From: Octopus bimaculoides
Lineage: Eukaryota
DNA: 44,065 nt
Assembly: GCF_001194135.2 (NCBI RefSeq)
Contig: NC_068982.1
Coordinates: 148,426,385-148,470,449, forward strand
Direction of reading: 5' to 3'
The position numbers were made by a program, and so were the translations under genes. The number at the start of each line of letters is the position of its first letter. Position 1 is the first letter of the stretch. This document shows, one piece after another, positions 35,874 through 44,065 of the stretch. Under the pieces are notes generated by a model that was not told the origin of the DNA, made no database searches, and worked only from the letters and a program-made list of their open reading frames with translations.

Positions 35874-36173
35874 ACTTTTTCGAGATCAGTAAATAATTTC
35901 ACTGGAAAAAGTTATATATATATTTGCAAAGGAATGACTTTCTCATCGAAGGTCGGCCGTTGTCATACGCTGAAGACGGGTAAATACCCAGAAACTTGAG
36001 TCCGTACATATCGCAGATCGAGATGGGAAGGATGACTTCCCTTTGCAAATATAGAGAGGACACTGATGTGTGTCGATAGCCAGCTGGAGGAGATGTTCTC
36101 CTGGGGCTAAAAGCAACAGTAACATCCACCCTTAGGGGTCAGCCACATTTAAGTGGCAAATATACTTCACCTA
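35874..36173 (+). mobile_element. CpG-rich structured ~300-nt insert carrying a hammerhead (Penelope pLTR or retrozyme-like)
   Basis: Bounded by (TA)n on both sides, several hairpins, complete hammerhead core. Confidence 0.6.
35966..36006 (+). ncRNA. Minimal type-I hammerhead ribozyme
   Basis: TACG-CTGAAGA-C-GGGT(AAAT)ACCC-A-GAAA-C-TTGA-G-TC-CGTA: CUGANGA and GAAA core, stem I TACG/CGTA, stem II 4 bp, near-palindromic stem III ACTTGAGT, GUC triplet (predicted cut after 36002). Confidence 0.75.
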
Positions 36174-36224
36174 TGTATATATATATATATATATATATAG
36201 ATATATATATAGAAAGAGAGAGAG

Positions 36225-36900
36225 AGACGTTTCATAACCAACAGATGTAACAGTTCTCTGAATTTCCTCCATTCTATTATTCCAGCTATCACACTCTCCA
36301 CCATGTATCCTTCCTTACTACTAATTTGGTCCCCTAGGTAGCAAGAATTATTTATGAGCCACCAGAGCATTTGAGAGAATCAATTTCCCAAGTTTTAATG
36401 GATCCTGTGCATCTTCCATATAGAACCACTACCTTCTCTGATAACTTTCCTATTAACCCACTGCATCTCTTGTGTCCATAGCTTACACTGGGCACACTGT
36501 ATGGAGATCCTGCCTACACCTTTCCTACAAATCCTGAAAGGGGTAGAGTCCTGTTGTTTTCTTGCTTACTAAGGCCTTAGTCTTTTCTAAGTTAACCATA
36601 AGACTCTTAGATTCCAGGTATAGCTTCCACACCTGGAATTTCTCTTCTAGCTTTAATATAGAATCTACTAAGAGGGCAAAATCATTAACATATATTAGTT
36701 CCCAGGGTTTGTCGGTTTTGAATTCCACTGTTATGGCTTGGAGGACAATGATGAAAAGGAGGGGACTGAGGACCAAGTCTTGATGAGCCCCAACCCGAAC
36801 ACCAAATTCTTCACTGTGTACATGATTAGCATATATAACCTTACTGATGGCATCTCTGTACATGGCCTGTACAGCTTTCACAAGTCACTCATCCATTCCT
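36225..36900 (-). mobile_element. RTE LINE fragment, RT domain
   Basis: KAVQAMYRDA..GAHQDLVLSPLLFIIVLQAIT.EFKT..PWELIYVND..NLEKTK, then Cys/His-rich segment, then CYLGDQIS. Confidence 0.92.
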
Positions 36901-36901
36901 A

Positions 36902-36943
<42 letters not shown>

Positions 36944-36989
36944 GTTAAAGAGGACAGCAAACGTTAAGGCAAGGCAAACATCTCCAAGT

Positions 36990-37152
36990 TATCATCATCA
37001 TCATTTAACGTCCGCTTTCCATGCTGGCATGGGTTGGATGGTTTGACTGACGACCAGTGAGCCAGAGGCTGCACCAGGCTCAATCTGATCTGGTAAAGTT
37101 TCTACAGCTGGAGGCCCTTCCTAACGCCAACCACTCCAAATGAGTAAAGTGA
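36990..37152 (-). mobile_element. Family C (RTE 3' end) copy
   Basis: (cat)n-ttaacgtccgctttccatgctggcatgggttgg..ccttcctaacgccaaccactcc. Confidence 0.88.
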
Positions 37153-37620
37153 CTTATGGCTATCTGTGTGTGTGTGTCTGTGTATATATANNNNNNNNNN
37201 NNNNNNNNNNNNNNNNNNNNNNNNNNNNNNNNNNNNNNNNNNNNNNNNNNNNNNNNNNNNNNNNNNNNNNNNNNNNNNNNNNNNNNNNNNNNNNNNNNNN
37301 NNNNNNNNNNNNNNNNNNNNNNNNNNNNNNNNNNNNNNNNNNNNNNNNNNNNNNNNNNNNNNNNNNNNNNNNNNNNNNNNNNNNNNNNNNNNNNNNNNNN
37401 NNNNNNNNNNNNNNNNNNNNNNNNNNNNNNNNNNNNNNNNNNNNNNNNNNNNNNNNNNNNNNNNNNNNNNNNNNNNNNNNNNNNNNNNNNNNNNNNNNNN
37501 NNNNNNNNNNNNNNNNNNNNNNNNNNNNNNNNNNNNNNNNNNNNNNNNNNNNNNNNNNNNNNNNNNNNNNNNNNNNNNNNNNNNNNNNNNNNNNNNNNNN
37601 NNNNNNNNNNNNNNNNNNNN

Positions 37621-37657
<37 letters not shown>

Positions 37658-38064
37658 CATACATGTCTGTATGTATGTATGTACATATGTCTGTCTGTCT
37701 GTATGTATGCATGTGTGTATGTATGTGTGTATGTATGTATGTGTGCATGCATCCCTTGCTAGTTTAGTGCTACTTAAAAAATCAAATCTTCATGAGACAA
37801 TGCTAGAAGATAGAAGAAACGATAACTGATCTCTTTCATATTTCTTTCTTCCTTTTATTGATTTATCTCTGAACATCTAAAGACTGTCTGTTTAAATATT
37901 TAACCAGATGATTGTAAATGCTGTGTTTGTTATTCTGCGTTGTATTTATTCACCAACTATTTCTATGTTTTGTAGTTGATGTTATTCTATTACATTATGA
38001 TGGAAGCACAATACCTAATGTGCCATCTCTTAACTGAAGCTTAAAATTTTCATTTGTTGCCATA

Positions 38065-38140
38065 GTTGTGGTTTAGCCCCAAATCAGGCCTGATTCAGCA
38101 GATCTATCAATCAGAGACATTCTAGCTAGCCATGAGCATT
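38065..38140 (+). repeat. Family F, left half (resumes at 39301-39385 after the SINE D2 insertion)
   Basis: ggtttagcccc..gcctgattcagcagatctat..cattctagc; right half tttttaagatg..gtgtgat..ttggcagctatttct. Confidence 0.6.
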
Positions 38141-38151
38141 TGTTAACACAT

Positions 38152-38377
38152 TTTGTTGTTGGCACTCCGTCGCTTACGACGTCGAGGGTTCCAATTGATC
38201 CGATCAACAGAACAGCCTGCTCGTGAAATTAACGTGCAAGTGGCTGAGCACTCCACAGACACGTGTACCCTTAACGTAGTTCTCGTGGATATTCAGCGTG
38301 ACACAGTCTGTGACAAGGCTGACCCTCTGAATTACAGGCACAACAGAAACAAGAAGTTAGAGTGAGAGAAAGTTGTG
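38152..38377 (-). mobile_element. SINE D2 3' portion, duplicated across the N-gap 38378-38888
   Basis: 38136-38377 repeats at 38889-39127 including the same insertion junction. Confidence 0.85.
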
Positions 38378-38904
38378 NNNNNNNNNNNNNNNNNNNNNNN
38401 NNNNNNNNNNNNNNNNNNNNNNNNNNNNNNNNNNNNNNNNNNNNNNNNNNNNNNNNNNNNNNNNNNNNNNNNNNNNNNNNNNNNNNNNNNNNNNNNNNNN
38501 NNNNNNNNNNNNNNNNNNNNNNNNNNNNNNNNNNNNNNNNNNNNNNNNNNNNNNNNNNNNNNNNNNNNNNNNNNNNNNNNNNNNNNNNNNNNNNNNNNNN
38601 NNNNNNNNNNNNNNNNNNNNNNNNNNNNNNNNNNNNNNNNNNNNNNNNNNNNNNNNNNNNNNNNNNNNNNNNNNNNNNNNNNNNNNNNNNNNNNNNNNNN
38701 NNNNNNNNNNNNNNNNNNNNNNNNNNNNNNNNNNNNNNNNNNNNNNNNNNNNNNNNNNNNNNNNNNNNNNNNNNNNNNNNNNNNNNNNNNNNNNNNNNNN
38801 NNNNNNNNNNNNNNNNNNNNNNNNNNNNNNNNNNNNNNNNNNNNNNNNNNNNNNNNNNNNNNNNNNNNNNNNNNNNNNNNNNNNNNNNGCATTTGTTAAC
38901 ACAT

Positions 38905-39289
38905 TTTGTTGTTGGCACTCCGTCGCTTACGACGTCGAGGGTTCCAATTGATCCGATCAACAGAACAGCCTGCTCGTGAAATTAACGTGCAAGTGGCTGA
39001 GCACTCCACAGACACGTGTACCCTTAACGTAGTTCTCGGTGATATTCAGCGTGACACAGTGTGACAAGGCTGACCCTTTGAAATACAGGCACAACAGAAA
39101 CAGGAAGTAAGAGTGAGAGAAAGTTGTGGCGAAAGAGTACAGCAGGGTTTGCCACCATCCCCTGCCAGAGCTTCGTGGAGCTTTAGGTGTTTTCACTCAA
39201 TAAACACTCACAACGCCTAGTCTGAGAATCGAAACCGCGATCCTATGATCGCGAATCCGCTGCCCTAACCACTGGGCCATTGCGCCTCC
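38905..39289 (-). mobile_element. tRNA-derived SINE family D2 with 11-bp TSD
   Basis: Same head as D1 (ggaggcgcaatggcccagtggttagggcagcgg..ggtttcgattc); TSD tgttaacacat at 38894-38904 and 39290-39300; CpG-rich, so probably young. Confidence 0.92.
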
Positions 39290-39985
39290 TGTTAACACAT
39301 AGTGTGCTCTAATTAGTAGTTTCTTGTTTTTAAGATGACACAGTGTGATCTGTGTGAAAACTTGGCAGCTATTTCTGGGGTAAAACAATGTGTGAATATA
39401 TGTATCTGTGTACATTCTTTCCTGTTTTTAATTATTTAATTTTTTCCTTTAAAAAAAAGGAGCTGGTTTCTAACAAGAATATAAAGCTCTATCAGTGGAA
39501 TCTAGATTATGAAAACAATGTATGTATGTATGTATGTATGTATGTATGTCATTATTCAGTTTACTTCAAGATTTCTTGCCAATACAGAAAGAACCAATTT
39601 CTAACCTAGATCCAAGGCTCCTTCATTGGAATTTCAACATCAACAACAAGGTATTTTTGTTTGTATGTATGTATGTATGAATGTATGCATGTATGTATGT
39701 ATATATGTATTATGTATGTATTGTCATGCATATAGTTACATATCTAGACATGCTCATATATATTTTAATGATAAACTTTTGGAAAGTTTTACAGATTTTT
39801 ACAGTTCCAGTGATGGCTTGGATCTGTAATCTTTGAACTAGCTTTCTTCTTTCTGGTTTTGAGAAGCCTAATTTCTCAAGATTGGTATATAGGCAGTGTG
39901 TTGCATATACCTGGTCCCCAATAATTACAGGTATAAACCTGAACTTGTAATCTTGAGGGTTAGTGCAGGATTAAGAGATAATAGA

Positions 39986-40525
39986 AAGGTGGTGAGCCGG
40001 CAGAAATGTTAGCACGCCGGGTGAAATGCTTAGCGGTATTTCGTCTGTCTTTAAGTTCTGAGTTCAAATTCTACCGAGGTCAACATTGCCTTTCATTCCG
40101 TTATCAAGTGATGTTGGAGAGACAAACACAGACACACAAACATATACACACGCATACATACATATATATATATATATANNNNNNNNNNNNNNNNNNNNNN
40201 NNNNNNNNNNNNNNNNNNNNNNNNNNNNNNNNNNNNNNNNNNNNNNNNNNNNNNNNNNNNNNNNNNNNNNNNNNNNNNNNNNNNNNNNNNNNNNNNNNTA
40301 TACATATATATGACGGGCTTCTTTCAGTTTCCGTCTACCAAATCCACTCACAAGGCTTTGGTCGGCCCGTGGCTATAGAAGAAGACACTTACCCAATGTG
40401 CCATGCAGTGGGACTGAACCCAGAACCATGTGGTTGGTAAGCAAGCTACTTACCACACAGTCAATCTAATTGACTGGCCCCCTCCCCAAAAATTTCGGGC
40501 TTGTGCTTAGAGTAGAAAAGATTAA
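39986..40525 (+). mobile_element. SINE family B split by a truncated minus-strand SINE A (40097-40461)
   Basis: B head 39986-40099, B2-type tail 40463-40525; the A copy lacks its 3' ~110 bp and contains N-gap 40179-40298. Confidence 0.85.
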
Positions 40526-40914
40526 GGGATAATAGATGCAACAAGTGTGAGATGAGGTGGAAAGCTATGTGTAATGGACGTGCATGAATGGTAAAAGTAT
40601 AAGACCAACTAGTTCCAAGTAATGGAGACCGTTATCATAGTAAAAATTGCATTGGATAATGTGCTAATTCTCTAGATCAATATATTTTAAATTTTGATGT
40701 AAACAAAAATGTTGTGGATAAAATCATTAAAAGGTCAAGTTGGCCAATAGATTACTGGTATTTTCCAACAGTTGAGCTGTCATGCAATTTCCATCTATTC
40801 AGTTTTAATTACAAGAATTAAAACAACTTTATTGTATGGTAAAAGACTCTTACCAACCAAACTGTGAAATTGAACTTGAAGCAACATTTTTAATCATTGC
40901 CCATGCCTGCACTT

Positions 40915-40979
<65 letters not shown>

Positions 40980-41084
40980 ATCACAGTGGAATTGTGTTAG
41001 TGATCTGGTCATTGGTAGCCAAAATTTTAATACTCTGTACAATATCATCAATAAAAGAAAAGTGAAAGTAATATTGCATGCACG

Positions 41085-41135
<51 letters not shown>

Positions 41136-41769
41136 AAGAGTGAATGTAAACATTGGCACTGAATCAGTGTGTGTTCTGTTGGTGCTACTTTGTGGTAACA
41201 TTGACAGTTTTAAATGTTTATGACATGCATTTATACATTTTTATATTTGTTATGACATATTTATGCTATCATGTGTTTCATGCATGTACATATTTATATA
41301 CATACATATGATGATATACTATATTATATCATATTATATTATATCATATTATATTAATTTGTAATTAGTTGTGTAGGAAATATCCTGTTTTCTTCACATT
41401 TAGTAATGGAGGTATATTTGTCTGGTAATTTAACAGATGTGTGACAAGTAGAATAGCTGTTTTGTATCATGTTGCTACCATTTATAAGTTTATATTGGGA
41501 GGTTTAACTGAGAGATAGTGGAAAATCCATTAAATCATTAGACAAACATAGCAAATTTTGTGTGCCTATCATTTGTAAATTAGTTTATATATGAATCGAG
41601 AGAGAGAGAGGGATGGACCGACAGAAAGGGAGGTGTGCCTAATGAATAGTCAATAGTGTATCAGACAACTACATGAGGGATTCAGCAGATCATGTCATAT
41701 CATTAGTGTTATAATGTTTCCATGATCAAGAGACTTATCCTTCTGTGTATGAGACTACCTACTTCTAAC

Positions 41770-41970
41770 ATTGTTATTGTTCTGTTGACTGTAAATTAGC
41801 CCTGGTCCAGCAGATCTATGACCAAATGTGTTCTAGCGATAAACATCCTCTTATTTGTTTCAGAGATAGCTTTTAAAACTCTATTTTATTCAAAACATCC
41901 TTTCTTTTTAATCATTGGATGTGATTTGAGGAGGCTTTGGTTGCTAATTCTGGCATGATGAATAACCATA
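41770..41970 (+). repeat. Family F copy
   Basis: aattagccctggtccagcagatctatgaccaaa..ggatgtgatttgaggaggctttggttgctaattct. Confidence 0.6.
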
Positions 41971-42700
41971 ATACACTAACTGACCCTGAGTAGCTCTAAT
42001 TGTAAATATCAATGGTGTAGCTCAATGGTGCCTTGTTGTGCTGTGTTCAATACTTCTACTGCGGAAAGCTCGTTGAGTAAGACACAAACTAGTGTTTAGT
42101 ACTGGTCCTATAAATTTTGTTCTGAAGAACATTGATTTATGAGTTGTGCAGAACAAAGAAAATTATATTCAACAATGGTTTTATTTAGATTTATACTGAT
42201 CACTAACTGACTATATGAGAAACAGTGCATACAATATGATGTTTCAGTTTCATGAAAGAAAAAAACAAACATAAATAATACACACTATAAAGATGAAGCT
42301 ACATATAAATTCAAAAGAGTAAATGTCACAATTAAACAGATAAACATAGCATTCTATAAAATCGGAGATGATACATACACACATGCTTAGCTCATACACA
42401 TTCACACATGCAATGACATACACACAGACATATACACACATAAACATACATACTCATACATACGCAACATAAAGAACATTCTATGTATGCAGGCACTAGA
42501 TACAAATGGATTTGATTAATGTGTCACTGCATGTGAGCTAATCTCCAGATAATTTTCAGGATATGTATCCATTTGTATAAGTGACTCTGCAGACAGTCCT
42601 GTGTAAGCATGCACACAGCGAAATCATATGTGAATAGAGTGTGAGAAGAAAGCCTACATTCTGGCAGAAAAGTTCAGAACTATTGATAGAAACTGTTGGA

Positions 42701-42737
42701 TATAAAAAGCGCTAGTATCTGAGTTCTTGGCTCAGTC
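42701..42737 (+). promoter_or_regulatory. Candidate TATA plus Initiator core promoter
   Basis: TATAAAA at 42701-42707 and TCAGTC (Inr TCAKTY) at 42732-42737. TATA sits at -33 from the Inr A, slightly long. Confidence 0.25.
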
Positions 42738-43379
42738 ATATAGCTCTGCAAATTGGTATGATCATCAAGACAGTCACAGTTCTGTTTGGTGCACTCTGGT
42801 AGCCAATAAAAGCTAAATCTTAATTGATTTCATTGCTGGTTGTTTGACCTGTTGTCTGTCACTGTTATGTACTGATACCTAATTGTTGAGCTACCGACCA
42901 CTGCTTCTTTGCTTGCTCGTGGCTACGATTGCCATGACAACTACCAGAAACAGTGATCTACTGATACTTTGCTGGGGTATTGCACCGCTGGGTTGCATCT
43001 ACTGGCTCTACCATATTTGGAGGGCTTGCATAACGAACAACTTGTAGCAACATGTGACCAGAGTTTCCCATTAGTAGAGAATGGTAATTGGTATGAAATG
43101 TAATGGATGTAGGCATGTATATTGGTGAAGTACGTGCACTAGCTAATTAGTCAAAGAGGTAATGATATAGGCACGAATGTTGATGAAGTAGGTGCATACA
43201 ATATAATGATTTCTATTGAAAGTAATGTATTTGTTTCTTTGAGATAATTAGGAATCAAATAACATTGGTTTATGCATTTGTTTCTATATCTTATTGTATA
43301 TCCAGATTTATATACCTTTGTAGGTGAAATGTTATTGTGTTATTAAAAAAAGGTTCACCATCAAGGGATAGACTTATGT

Positions 43380-43530
43380 TCAGAGGTTTTCTAGCTGTAT
43401 CAATATATGCCATTTATTCTTCTCATTAGAAATATCCAGAGGGTCCTTTCAATTTTTAATACAGTACATGTGCAAACTGAGAGAGATTTGGCTGCTATCT
43501 CTAGAGACTGAATGAATACCCAAAGGCAGA
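43380..43530 (+). repeat. Family F copy, degraded
   Basis: gagagatttggctgctatctctag. Confidence 0.5.
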
Positions 43531-44065
43531 GAGTGAAGGCTTTATCTTTATATGGACTTAAAGATGGATCACAATTTAGCATATAATTTAGTTATTGAAG
43601 TTTACTATTAATACCGATACAATGTACATTGGTTTAAATGTCTCTTGTTGTAGTTTAAGTAAAGTTAGTGTTTAATCCTGCCTATATATTGATTGAAATA
43701 ATGTGGTTATTAAGCTTTTACTTTTATGTTATACTTCGGAAAATGGTAAGGACTATAATTTTGCATGACTTAATAGAGTTGTCACTGTTAGTTATGTATT
43801 TAGGAGTGGTTGCAATTTACTTGTGGAATTTATTTATCGATACAGTTATACATTGGGTAAATATGTTTGAGAGTTGTGGTCTCTTTGGTTTGTTTGTTCC
43901 CAAACAACACTTACTTTAGTGTTGTTGACACTGCCAGATTGAATGGTACTGCCCAGGTGTCAAAACCATACTGATATCTGTATAGCAGCTGATGATGGTG
44001 GCATGTTGGATTGTTGGTATGGCTGTGGCATAGTATTATAACACATCCTTTTGATATATATATAT

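Noticed and set aside
37080-38979. The longest ORFs in the track (up to 229 aa)
   Set aside because: Mostly X residues from N-gaps; the same applies to ORFs at 6527-6855, 19588-20097, 26729-27059 and 40006-40440.
42978-43000. tattgcac, the miR-92/25 seed
   Set aside because: The rest does not resemble miR-92 and I could not find a convincing precursor hairpin.

Overview
Eukaryotic, AT-rich, repeat-saturated DNA with eight N-gaps. The repeat families and microsatellite density look like an octopod (Octopus-type) genome; this is inferred from recognising the repeats, not from a search. I find no intact protein-coding gene, rRNA, tRNA or CRISPR array. Almost all listed ORFs are microsatellite or N-gap artefacts, or pieces of dead retrotransposons. 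Recognisable content: decayed non-LTR retrotransposons (R4/Dong-type RLE elements, several RTE copies, a CR1-group relic), at least five SINE-like families (about 30 copies, often nested, dimeric or inverted), piggyBac-like MITEs and many simple repeats. The most notable signal is four different minimal type-I hammerhead-ribozyme-like motifs (35966, 21511, 19391, 11176), each near (TA)n tracts and probably from Penelope-like or retrozyme-like elements. The best one has a complete core inside a CpG-rich, highly structured ~300-nt insert. A few splice-site- and promoter-like signals hint at a host transcript but are unproven.
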